DNA from: Sphingobacteriales bacterium
GTDB lineage: Bacteria; Bacteroidota; Bacteroidia; Chitinophagales; JADIYW01
Assembly: GCA_016719635.1 (NCBI GenBank)
Contig: JADJYT010000003.1
Span: 223,425-287,424, forward strand
Direction of reading: 5' to 3'
Length of the DNA stretch: 64,000 bases
In this document: in pieces, positions 1 through 8,566 of the stretch
Layout: each line of letters starts with the position of its first letter
How positions within the stretch are numbered: position 1 is the stretch's first letter
Made by a program: the position numbers and the translations under genes
The notes under the pieces: model-generated
The model's database searches: none
What the model saw: only the letters and a program-made list of their open reading frames with translations
What the model was told of the DNA's origin: nothing

Positions 1-231
1 TAAAAAGGAGGACCATGCCGTTTGTGTCCCACCTGTTCCTAAATTTGCTTTCACGCCGATATCTTCGGGAATGCCGACAATAACAAATCTTACGGCAGAA
101 TTTTGCATTTCCTTCTTCCAGTTTCGGGTGTTGGAAACTGCCTTTATCTTCTCACCTATTTTTATTTCACCATTTCTGGTTCTGGTGAACGCCAGGTGAT
201 TTTCCTTTTTAAAGAAAGAGAAGTTCTGCAT
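1..231 (-). CDS. arginase-family (formimidoylglutamase-like) protein, first 77 codons only; the gene runs off the left edge
   Basis: Not in the ORF track. Reverse translation from the ATG at 231..229 gives MQNFSFFKKENHLAFTRTRNGEIKIGEKIKAVSNTRNWKKEMQNSAVRFVIVGIPEDIGVKANLGTGGTQTAWSSFL. The VGIPEDIGV..N.G.GG segment resembles the N-terminus of formiminoglutamase/arginase proteins, and the gene is co-oriented with hutI/hutU/hutH. Confidence 0.5.
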   Translation of the reverse strand, partial: MQNFSFFKKENHLAFTRTRNGEIKIGEKIKAVSNTRNWKKEMQNSAVRFVIVGIPEDIGVKANLGTGGTQTAWSSFL

Positions 232-278
232 ATATCAAAGATATGAAATACCGCAATTATATATCAGGTAAAGATAGA

Positions 279-692
279 TTAAGCTTCCTGGTATTGTTCT
301 TCTTTTTTGAAGACCCAGAATTTCTGCAACGTAAAATTAAACCCGAGTGATACGACCAAATCTACCAATATACGGCTGATTTTATAATCTATGAAGAAGT
401 TTTCCGTAATAAAATAGGTGCCGAATGATTTCAGTGTAATGCTACCCAGCACTACCAGATAAAACTTCAACAACTGCGTCGTTAAGCCTGTCTGTTTACT
501 TTGGAAAGTCCAGTACCGGTTAATGGAGAAATTGATAATAGCTCCCAACAAACCACTGATGATGATAGACTCTGCATAATATACCTTAAAAATCTCCGTG
601 CAGATAATCATGATGGCGTAATCAGACATCCCGCCTACAAATGCAGAGAATTGCGCTTTTCCGAATGTACGTATATGTTCTTTCTTAAACAT
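279..692 (-). CDS. GtrA-family membrane protein
   Basis: Small 4-TM protein with ...FSAFVGGMSDYAIMII... and ...NRYWTFQ, typical of the GtrA family. I moved the start to the ATG at 692, which lies 1 nt after the stop of the upstream gene. The track ORF extends to 752. Confidence 0.7.
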   Translation of the reverse strand: MFKKEHIRTFGKAQFSAFVGGMSDYAIMIICTEIFKVYYAESIIISGLLGAIINFSINRYWTFQSKQTGLTTQLLKFYLVVLGSITLKSFGTYFITENFFIDYKISRILVDLVVSLGFNFTLQKFWVFKKEEQYQEA

Positions 693-693
693 G

Positions 694-1395
694 TTAATTT
701 TGGACTGCTGCTTCCTGTAACCTTTTTTCTTCCTTATCCTTTTCGTCTCCAACTTTTATGGTTTTAAAAGTATCAATCACATCGGTAATGAAAATCATGA
801 TGGTTACAACGATAGAAAATATCTTGATGGAACCTCCGAAGAAGATTTCCAGTAATATCACGAGGCAAATAACGATACGTGTTTCCGTAGGGCCAAACAA
901 ACCTGTATCTATCGTATAGACATTGGTCATCTTATATCTCAAATGGATCATCAGCATAGCCCATGCATAGCCGGAGCTGAACAGGAAAACCAATATCTTG
1001 TATTCAGGTTCAACATAAATAAAATAACCCGCACTCATACTGACCAGTGAAATCCAGTCCATGATACTGTCTAAGGTGAAACCAAACCATTTTCTGGGAA
1101 TATTTCTGTAATAGGCTATTCTTCCATCCAGTGAATCACCGAACCAGTTGACGGCAAATCCTAAAATGGCAATAAAGAGATACATCTTATTATGCAGAGA
1201 GGCTGCCATCCAGAAACCTGCTAAAACCATTGCGGTTCCGACCATACCAATGGCAGTAAGCATATTGGGCGTAATAAATTCCGGCATGATTCTGCACAAA
1301 AACAAGATGGTTGGCTGCTCGATAGTCCGAAGTATATTGGTACGGCTTCTGTCGATCGAACCTTTCTGTTTTTTGTCTTCCCCTAATAAACTCAT
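694..1395 (-). CDS. CDP-alcohol phosphatidyltransferase family protein
   Basis: Polytopic protein carrying GDSLDGRIAYYRN...FTLDSIMDWIS, which matches the D-G-x2-A-R...D-x3-D signature of CDP-alcohol phosphatidyltransferases. Confidence 0.75.
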   Translation of the reverse strand: MSLLGEDKKQKGSIDRSRTNILRTIEQPTILFLCRIMPEFITPNMLTAIGMVGTAMVLAGFWMAASLHNKMYLFIAILGFAVNWFGDSLDGRIAYYRNIPRKWFGFTLDSIMDWISLVSMSAGYFIYVEPEYKILVFLFSSGYAWAMLMIHLRYKMTNVYTIDTGLFGPTETRIVICLVILLEIFFGGSIKIFSIVVTIMIFITDVIDTFKTIKVGDEKDKEEKRLQEAAVQN

Positions 1396-1510
1396 AGTGA
1401 CCGCAAAAATAGAATATTATTATTAGCCATGTGTTAACTCAAGACAAACAAATTACACACATTTTGCTCATAAAATGTATATAACCAACAATATACCTAT
1501 TTACAGTTAG

Positions 1511-2743
1511 TTATATAAAGTTACCATTCTGCATGATTTTATCAATCTGATTCGAAGAGAAATGATAAACAAGGGATGCTATGGAAGGAATGGGTTTTGT
1601 AAAAATCAGGTTCGCTCTTTTAGTTCTGGATATGCTGCCCATTTCATCCTCCACCTGCATGGCATGGGCGGCATTGATGGTGGCTGCATTGATAGCTTCC
1701 TCCGGTAACATCTTCATCTGGATGCAGCTCAACGCGACTACAAAATTCATATTGCCGGATGGAGAGGATCCAGGATTATAATCGGAAGCTAATGCTATCG
1801 CTGCTTTATTATTGATTAATGTTCTCGCAGGAGGATATTGCATCCGTAAAAAGAATGCTGCGGTAGGCAACAGCGTGGCTATCGGAGCATCGATCTGAGA
1901 CAAAATATTAATTTCCTCCTCTCCGATGGTTTCCAAATGATCCACCGATAAGGCATGCGTATGATATCCGGCCTGCACTCCTCCGGAATTGAACAACTGG
2001 TTGGCATGTATCTTTGGCCTTAATCCAAATTCAATTCCCGCCAGACAGATTTGCTCGGTTTCCTGCTGCATAAAAAATCCCTGTTCACAAAAGACATCAA
2101 TAAAGTCGGCCAGGTTATCCTGTGCGATTGCCGGCAGCATTTCTTCAATTATTAACTTTATATATTTCTTTCTGTCTTGTTTAAATATTTCCGGAAATGC
2201 ATGTGCCCCTAAGAAAGTCGCCTTGATGGGAATAGGATTACTTTTCTTTAATTGACGTATAACCCGGAGCATTTTCAATTCTCCCTCTAGGCTGAGTCCG
2301 TAACCGCTTTTTATTTCGATAGCACCTGTACCTAATTGCATCAATTCATGTAGCCTTGTTTGTGCCTGTTCGAGTAAAATCTCTTCCGATGTTTCATTTA
2401 GTTTTATGGCTGAATTCAGGATACCTCCTCCCTTTGCCGCAATTTCCGCATACGACAACCCTTTAAGCTTATCAACAAACTCATCTTCACGGGTAGCGGC
2501 ATATATAAGATGCGTATGACTGTCGCACCAGCTGGGTAAAACAGCAGCACCTCGGGCATCGTAAACAGGTTGAGAAAAATCTTCTTCAGCTAAGTCATAC
2601 ATGGAACCATAATCTGCAATTTTGCCATCTTCAATTTTCAGAAAAGCATTTCCCAGTATGGGCAGTTCCGCCAATGCATTTCCGCGGACCAGCTTATTTT
2701 CTTCCCGGACGTTGACTAAATATTTTATGTTGGTTATGAGCAT
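1511..2743 (-). CDS. hutI: imidazolonepropionase
   Basis: 410 aa amidohydrolase with the DSHTHL metal motif and full-length resemblance to HutI. It starts 4 nt downstream of the hutU stop. Confidence 0.93.
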   Translation of the reverse strand: MLITNIKYLVNVREENKLVRGNALAELPILGNAFLKIEDGKIADYGSMYDLAEEDFSQPVYDARGAAVLPSWCDSHTHLIYAATREDEFVDKLKGLSYAEIAAKGGGILNSAIKLNETSEEILLEQAQTRLHELMQLGTGAIEIKSGYGLSLEGELKMLRVIRQLKKSNPIPIKATFLGAHAFPEIFKQDRKKYIKLIIEEMLPAIAQDNLADFIDVFCEQGFFMQQETEQICLAGIEFGLRPKIHANQLFNSGGVQAGYHTHALSVDHLETIGEEEINILSQIDAPIATLLPTAAFFLRMQYPPARTLINNKAAIALASDYNPGSSPSGNMNFVVALSCIQMKMLPEEAINAATINAAHAMQVEDEMGSISRTKRANLIFTKPIPSIASLVYHFSSNQIDKIMQNGNFI

Positions 2744-2746
2744 ATC

Positions 2747-4417
2747 TTAAATATTTATCCCAAACCTTTCTCCTGTTTGTTTTGCATTTTCATAGCCGGC
2801 ATCGGCATGTCGGAAAATTCCCATAGCAGGATCGTTGAATAAAACCCTGCGCAAACATTCATCCGCTCTGTCTGTGCCATCTGCTAAAACAACCATTCCG
2901 GCATGCTGAGAATAACCCATGCCAACGCCACCACCATGATGAAAACTCACCCAGGCTGCCCCTCCGGCAGTATTGCTCATCAGATTCAGCAAGGTCCAGT
3001 CACTCACCGCATCGCTGCCGTCCAGCATACTTTCCGTTTCCCTGTTCGGTGAGGCAACACTACCGCAATCCAGGTGGTCTCGACCAATCACAATCGGCGC
3101 TTTTACGATACCTTTTCGGACCAGGTCATTGAATAACAATCCGGCTTTTTCGCGTCCCCCTAAACCAAGCCAGCAGATACGCGCCGGCAATCCCTGAAAC
3201 GAAATTCTTTGCTGTGCATGTTGTATCCAGTTAACCATTCCTGTATTTTCCGGAAATAATTCCATCAATGCTTTGTCCGTTTCGTAAATATCCTGTGGGT
3301 CTCCACTAAGTGCAACCCAACGAAAAGGACCTTTACCTTCGCAAAACAAGGGTCGAATGTATAAGGGTGTGAACCCGTGAAAATCAAATGCATTCTCCAC
3401 TCCGCCTTCCTTTGCAAACGCACGGATATTATTCCCGTAGTCAAATGTAACCGCACCTCTGTCCTTATGTTTCAGCATCAATCGCACATGACGTGCCATA
3501 CTGGCAATCGCTTTATCCGTATATAAAGCCGGATTTGATTTTCGCAACAACAAAGCTTCATCAAATGTAATATCATGCGGCACGTAACCATTCAACGGAT
3601 CGTGCGCAGAAGTCTGATCGGATAAGATATCCGGAATAATATTATCGTCTAACAGACGCTGTAACAAATCACCTGCATCCATCACCACACCAATGGAAAT
3701 TGCTTCGCCTTTCGCTTTCGCCTCTAATGCCTTGTCGCGCGCTTCCTCATACGACTCGAACATGTAATCGATGTATTTTGTATTAAGTCGTTTTTGAATG
3801 CTCGCTTTATTGACATCAGCACCGAGATAGGTTGCCCCTGCCATCACGGCTGCGAGCGGCTGTGCGCCACCCATACCACCGAGTCCGGAACTTACGAGTA
3901 ATTTCCCTTTCAACTCTCCGTTAAAATGCTGTCGTCCGCACTCTACAAACGTTTCGTAGGTGCCTTGCACAATGCCCTGTGAACCGATGTAAATCCAGGA
4001 ACCTGCTGTCATTTGCCCGTACATCATCAATCCTTTTTCACGCAATTGATAAAAATGTTCCCAGGTTGCCCATTTCGGAACTAAGTTAGAATTTGCAATT
4101 AATACGCGTGGCGCCTGCGGATGCGTACGCACAATGCCTACCGGTTTTCCACTCTGCACCAGCAGTGAATGATTCTCATCCAGATCTAAAAGCAACTCGA
4201 TAATTTTTTGCAGGGCCGGCACGTTGCGCGCTGCCTGACCAATACCGCCGTATACCACCAATTCTGCAGGATTTTCTGCCACTTCTGCATCTAAATTATT
4301 CAGCAGCATACGCAGTGGCGCTTCCGTCTGCCAGGATTTTGCATTTAACGTATTGCCACGCGGAGCCTTATAGGAAGGATGTGCGGCATATTGCTGCAAA
4401 AAGGTTTGTAATGACAT
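2747..4417 (-). CDS. hutU: urocanate hydratase
   Basis: 556 aa with urocanase hallmarks ([23 protein letters not shown]). Confidence 0.95.
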   Translation of the reverse strand: MSLQTFLQQYAAHPSYKAPRGNTLNAKSWQTEAPLRMLLNNLDAEVAENPAELVVYGGIGQAARNVPALQKIIELLLDLDENHSLLVQSGKPVGIVRTHPQAPRVLIANSNLVPKWATWEHFYQLREKGLMMYGQMTAGSWIYIGSQGIVQGTYETFVECGRQHFNGELKGKLLVSSGLGGMGGAQPLAAVMAGATYLGADVNKASIQKRLNTKYIDYMFESYEEARDKALEAKAKGEAISIGVVMDAGDLLQRLLDDNIIPDILSDQTSAHDPLNGYVPHDITFDEALLLRKSNPALYTDKAIASMARHVRLMLKHKDRGAVTFDYGNNIRAFAKEGGVENAFDFHGFTPLYIRPLFCEGKGPFRWVALSGDPQDIYETDKALMELFPENTGMVNWIQHAQQRISFQGLPARICWLGLGGREKAGLLFNDLVRKGIVKAPIVIGRDHLDCGSVASPNRETESMLDGSDAVSDWTLLNLMSNTAGGAAWVSFHHGGGVGMGYSQHAGMVVLADGTDRADECLRRVLFNDPAMGIFRHADAGYENAKQTGERFGINI

Positions 4418-4461
4418 AATAACCTAAATTTACAGATGCAAATTACAGATTTATTTACAAA

Positions 4462-4488
4462 CGCAGTCAGGGTTAAACCCTGACTGCG
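4462..4488. repeat. REP-like GC-rich palindrome, copy 1 (cgcagtcagggttaaaccctgactgcg)
   Basis: Perfect 27-nt palindrome directly 3' of the RAYT gene. It belongs to the same family as the copies at 4882, 5235 and 5491. Confidence 0.75.
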
Positions 4489-4494
4489 ATAAAA

Positions 4495-5142
4495 TTAAAC
4501 ATCTAAATCTAAATTATTTAATACTGGTTGATATTTACCTTTAGCATGAAAATGAATAAACTGTTGTTTGCTCCCAAACCAATCCAATACCGCTTCTTTC
4601 CTGAGTTGTGTTTTCTTATGCAAAAGAAAAGAAGAATAGGATGAAAAAGGGTACTGTGTATAATCATCGCATATTCCATGTTTTTGTGGATTAAAGTGTA
4701 TGTAGAAAAACAACTCTGTATAATATTTTTCATTGGTAACGGGTATTCTTCGAAATGGCTCCTCAAATAATCTGCCTGTTCGGCTGTATGCTTTATTGTA
4801 TGCCTGTGCGTAACTGTTAAATAGCTTAGAGAATTGATGGCTGATATAGTAAGTTGCCGGTTTGCCAGCGCAGGCAGGGCTAACGCAGGCAGGGTTTATA
4901 ACCCTTCCTGCGTTAGCGTTGGCTATGATATCTGCTTCGCTTTTTGTTCTTATCAGAAGATGAAAGTGGTTTCCTAACAGGCAATAAGCATAGGTCTCTG
5001 CAACTGACGGAATATATTTTGCATATAACTTTAGAAAATAGCAGTAGTTTTTGTCTTCTTTGAAGATTTTACCGCCATCAATACCTCGATTATATATATG
5101 GTAAAATGTTTCAGTCTGTAGTGGCTGGATATTCTTTTTCAT
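4495..5142 (-). CDS. REP-associated tyrosine transposase-like protein (IS200/IS605-type Y1 HUH transposase family)
   Basis: HUH motif in LLGNHFHLLIR, a C-terminal YIHFNPQKHG tyrosine region and FYHIYNRG at the N-terminus. Start set at the ATG at 5142 (MKKNIQ...), because the longer track ORF (to 5274) only reads through a palindrome copy. Confidence 0.8.
   Translation of the reverse strand: MKKNIQPLQTETFYHIYNRGIDGGKIFKEDKNYCYFLKLYAKYIPSVAETYAYCLLGNHFHLLIRTKSEADIIANANAGRVINPACVSPACAGKPATYYISHQFSKLFNSYAQAYNKAYSRTGRLFEEPFRRIPVTNEKYYTELFFYIHFNPQKHGICDDYTQYPFSSYSSFLLHKKTQLRKEAVLDWFGSKQQFIHFHAKGKYQPVLNNLDLDV
4882..4914. repeat. REP-like palindrome, copy 2, inside the RAYT ORF (aacgcaggcagggtttataacccttcctgcgtt), preceded by a partial arm gcgcaggcagggct at 4868-4881
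   Basis: Same palindrome family. It is translated in frame as ...NAGRVINPACVSPACAGK... Confidence 0.7.
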
Positions 5143-5234
5143 CGTGATAGTATTTGCTATCATTGAGATACATTCATGAGGCAGTTTCCATAAAAAAAGA
5201 ATGTTAATTTTTCCAAACCGCAGGTAAAGTTTGA

Positions 5235-5264
5235 CCGCAGGCAGGGTTTTAACCCTACCTGCGG
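5235..5264. repeat. REP-like palindrome, copy 3 (ccgcaggcagggttttaaccctacctgcgg), followed by GTAG
   Basis: Imperfect palindrome about 90 nt 5' of the RAYT start. Confidence 0.7.
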
Positions 5265-5278
5265 TAGCAGGCAAACGA

Positions 5279-5491
5279 TTAATTAACTACAAACGGATAG
5301 CTTGCCGTTCCTTCTTCATCATATAAGTTTAGCAAATAATTTCCTTTAGCCAATTTACTTACGTCAAAAGATGTATTAACTACTCCTTTAGTATTAGTTA
5401 TAGCTTTAGTTTCCAGTAAACTGCCTTTCATATCTATAATATTCAATATTATGAAAGTATTCTGTTTTGAACGTATCTCCACTTGTGCCAA
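5279..5491 (-). pseudogene. orphan fragment of a T9SS C-terminal sorting domain (Por_Secre_tail type)
   Basis: ...FIILNIIDMKGSLLETKAITNTKGVVNTSFDVSKLAKGNYLLNLYDEEGTASYPFVVN* has the strand pattern and KG.Y motif of T9SS CTDs. It has no ATG (the track start is a TTG), no upstream cargo body, and its 5' end abuts palindrome copy 4. Confidence 0.6.
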
Positions 5492-5522
5492 CGCAGGCTG
5501 GGTTTAAATACCTGCCTGCATT
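5491..5522. repeat. REP-like palindrome, copy 4, degenerate (acgcaggctgggtttaaatacctgcctgcatt)
   Basis: Same family with mismatched arms. It lies between the oxidase stop and the CTD fragment. Confidence 0.6.
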
Positions 5523-5526
5523 AAAG

Positions 5527-6822
5527 TTAGCAAAATAATCGTTCAATATACTTATTGACAAATTTCTTATCGGGATCCATCTGATGCCGTAACTGCACAA
5601 ATTCCTTATATTTCGGGTATTGCTGCTGCAGATATTCCTTGCCCACATTAAACTCTTTCCCCCAGTGCGGCCGGCCGTTGAACTGCTGTGCAAACTCCTC
5701 GTATTCGCTTAATATCTTGTCCCAGTTTTCGTGTTCGTAGCTATACAAGCCTAACCACAAGGCATCACGTTGATAAGCTGCACTCAACCAGAAATCATCG
5801 CCTTTGGTGAAACGGATTTCCTGAATAAAATTGAGGTTGTATTTATTTTCAGTAATAAACTTCTTATAAGCACTCAGAATCTCTTTTGCTTTCGACAATT
5901 CAAAAGTCCATTCCGTTTCACGGTGCAACGGCGGTTCCGGAACAATGTACACCTTATAGCTTTTTTCAATCCTGTCCAGGGGCCCCTTCATATTCCAGGT
6001 CAGCAGGCGATTGATGGGTTTTGCCAAGGCCGGAAATAGTTTTGCAATGAACACCATCAGTCGATATACCACCACCGACAACAATTCATCTTTCAGGAAT
6101 TGACGCAAACGGCTGTCATTGGTTTTTTCCTGTGTACGCTGATAACGAAAAACTATAATATCATCCGTAGGCGGCAGCCACCAGAGTTTAAAATGGTCGT
6201 TACTTTTCAGGTACTCATCCAGGTTTTTAATAACCTCATCGAATGGTACGGTCGTTGTATGATCATGTAAATTAAATGCCTCAACAGCCTGTATCGTCAC
6301 ATCGGAAATGACACCCAGACAACCCAGATTCACCACACAGGCATTGAACAGTTCCGTATCTTTTTCCTTATTGACAATCACTTTCGTGCCGTCCGCTTTT
6401 ATCAAACTGAACTCCAGCAATTGCGAACCTAAAATCTGAAAATCAATGCCGCTGCCGTGTGTACCGGTAGAGATGGCACCTGTGATGGACTGACGGTCAA
6501 TGGAGCCTAAATTCTTCAGAGCTAATCCTTCCTTATCCAGCAATTGATTGAGCTGCCAGATTTTGATACCGGCCTGTGTCTTGACTATCTTGTTGGCCTT
6601 ATCGATACTGATAATTTTGTCATACTCATCCAGGTTGATAAGAACTTCACCGGTATCACAGATATCCGACCAGGAATGTCCGGTACCAACCAGGCGGATT
6701 TTGTCATATTGTTTAACCAGTGCGATGATTTCCTCTTCCGTTTCGGGTTGAAAATAATTACGCACCTCCGACCGGATATTTTTTGCCCAATTGACAAACT
6801 TATAATTCTCTTGACTCTTCAT
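5527..6822 (-). CDS. FAD-linked oxidase of the D-arabinono-1,4-lactone / L-gulonolactone oxidase (ALO) family
   Basis: N-terminal FAD_binding_4-like region (VGTGHSWSD) and a C-terminal ALO-type RPHWGK motif. The first ATG is at 6822. A TTG at 6849 overlapping the hutH stop is the track start. Confidence 0.8.
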   Translation of the reverse strand: MKSQENYKFVNWAKNIRSEVRNYFQPETEEEIIALVKQYDKIRLVGTGHSWSDICDTGEVLINLDEYDKIISIDKANKIVKTQAGIKIWQLNQLLDKEGLALKNLGSIDRQSITGAISTGTHGSGIDFQILGSQLLEFSLIKADGTKVIVNKEKDTELFNACVVNLGCLGVISDVTIQAVEAFNLHDHTTTVPFDEVIKNLDEYLKSNDHFKLWWLPPTDDIIVFRYQRTQEKTNDSRLRQFLKDELLSVVVYRLMVFIAKLFPALAKPINRLLTWNMKGPLDRIEKSYKVYIVPEPPLHRETEWTFELSKAKEILSAYKKFITENKYNLNFIQEIRFTKGDDFWLSAAYQRDALWLGLYSYEHENWDKILSEYEEFAQQFNGRPHWGKEFNVGKEYLQQQYPKYKEFVQLRHQMDPDKKFVNKYIERLFC

Positions 6823-6845
6823 ACCGGTATTATTCCATTCATTGA

Positions 6846-8408
6846 TCAATACAATTCAAAATCGGGATATTTTTCATTCAGTTTCATCTGATTCTTATTC
6901 GCTGCTTTATTCACATGCCGCATGAATGAAAAATCTGAGATTATCTTTTTTATCGCGTTGATATCGTCAGCGAAAATCCTGTCTTCATTGGCAAAAGAAA
7001 CGGTTTGACGGACAAAATCGTGTGCCGTTTCCAATAAGGCTGAACTTTTTAAAGGTCTTCGGAATTCTATCGCCTGGCATGCACTCATTAATTCTATTGC
7101 TAAAATATATTCCAGGTTATCTAAGATCTGATAGAGTTTCCGTCCGCTGATACTACCCATGCTCACATGGTCTTCCTGTCCCAGTGAAGTCGGAATGCTA
7201 TCCGCGCTTGCCGGGAAACAAAGTGTTTTATTTTCTGTCACCAAGGCAGCCGTCGTATACTGCGGAATCATAAATCCGGAGTTCAATCCCACTTCATTCA
7301 GCAGCAGCATGGGCAATCCGAATTTTCCTTCCAGCAACAGATAACATCTTCTGTCGGATATATTTCCCAGTTCTGCTGCCGCAAAACAGCAGTAATCCAA
7401 AGGCAATGCCAGCGGCTGTCCGTGAAAATTACCGCCGCTGATGGTGTCGTCTGCACTAAAAATAATCGGATTATCCGTCACCGCATTCAGTTCAATTTCG
7501 GTCAACTCTTTGAGATGCAGCCAGGCGTTTCGTGAAGCACCATGCACCTGCGGCATGCAGCGCAAACTGTAAGGGTCCTGTACACGATCGCAATCTTCAT
7601 GGCTGTTCATGATTTCTGAATGGCTTAACAGCAACCGTAATCGTTGAGCCACCAGCTGATTTCCTTTGAACGGTCGCAAATTATGCAAACGTTCATCAAA
7701 CGGCGCTTTGGTTCCCTGCAGGGCTTCCAGGCTCATGGCACCAATAATATCAGCCACTTCGAGACAATTGTGCATGCGCTGCACATCTGCAATGGCGTAG
7801 GATAGGATAAACTGCGTTCCGTTAATCAGCGCCAATCCTTCCTTTGGGCCGAGTGCGATAGCTTGTAAGTTTTCTTTCTGAAAAAATTCACTTGTTTTAA
7901 TAATACTATCTTTAAAAAAAACTTCGCCTAAGCCAATCAACGGTAAACACAAATGTGCCAATGGTGCTAAATCTCCGCTTGCGCCCACACTACCCTTTTC
8001 CGGAACTACGGGAATCACATCGTTATCAATATGCCACAAGATTCGTTCTAAGGTAGATAGCTGGACTCCTGAAAAACCCTGCGCAAGTGCCTGAAGTTTG
8101 GTTATCAGCATGAATTTCGCAATCTGTACGGGAATAGGATTGCCCACGCCCACGCTGTGCGACTGCAGAATCTTATATTGCAGGGTAAGGGTATCTTCTT
8201 CCGATATTTTTTTATCGGATAAGATGCCAAAACCCGTATTGATACCATAAACGGTGTCGGTGTTTACCAGGATATGCTGTACGTCCTGCTGAGATTTCTG
8301 AATCTTCACTTTGGTCGCTTCGTCAATGATTCCCTTCAACTTACCTTCAGACAGCTGAATGGCTTTGGCAACTGTGAGTGTATCTGTACCGTATTTGAAA
8401 ACTGACAT
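6846..8408 (-). CDS. hutH: histidine ammonia-lyase
   Basis: 520 aa with the GSVGASGDLAPLAH MIO-forming Ala-Ser-Gly motif. Confidence 0.95.
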   Translation of the reverse strand: MSVFKYGTDTLTVAKAIQLSEGKLKGIIDEATKVKIQKSQQDVQHILVNTDTVYGINTGFGILSDKKISEEDTLTLQYKILQSHSVGVGNPIPVQIAKFMLITKLQALAQGFSGVQLSTLERILWHIDNDVIPVVPEKGSVGASGDLAPLAHLCLPLIGLGEVFFKDSIIKTSEFFQKENLQAIALGPKEGLALINGTQFILSYAIADVQRMHNCLEVADIIGAMSLEALQGTKAPFDERLHNLRPFKGNQLVAQRLRLLLSHSEIMNSHEDCDRVQDPYSLRCMPQVHGASRNAWLHLKELTEIELNAVTDNPIIFSADDTISGGNFHGQPLALPLDYCCFAAAELGNISDRRCYLLLEGKFGLPMLLLNEVGLNSGFMIPQYTTAALVTENKTLCFPASADSIPTSLGQEDHVSMGSISGRKLYQILDNLEYILAIELMSACQAIEFRRPLKSSALLETAHDFVRQTVSFANEDRIFADDINAIKKIISDFSFMRHVNKAANKNQMKLNEKYPDFELY

Positions 8409-8566
8409 TTTGATGTACGATTAACGATTAACAATGTACGATTTTTGTCTTGAAACATATGAGAAACTTAAGGTTTTTGAAACACAAAGGCAGATAGAAA
8501 TAAAATTAAGCATTACACAAGTGCAATCCTGTTAATTCAAATTAGAAAACATAGAAAGCTACGCTT

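Noticed and set aside
4518-4766. An 82-aa minus-strand ORF inside the RAYT gene.
   Set aside because: It is an alternative frame of a gene whose main frame carries the HUH and Tyr motifs.
5406-5693. A 95-aa minus-strand ORF spanning the oxidase 3' end and palindrome copy 4.
   Set aside because: It overlaps the well-supported oxidase C-terminus in another frame and reads through the palindrome. It has no recognisable features.
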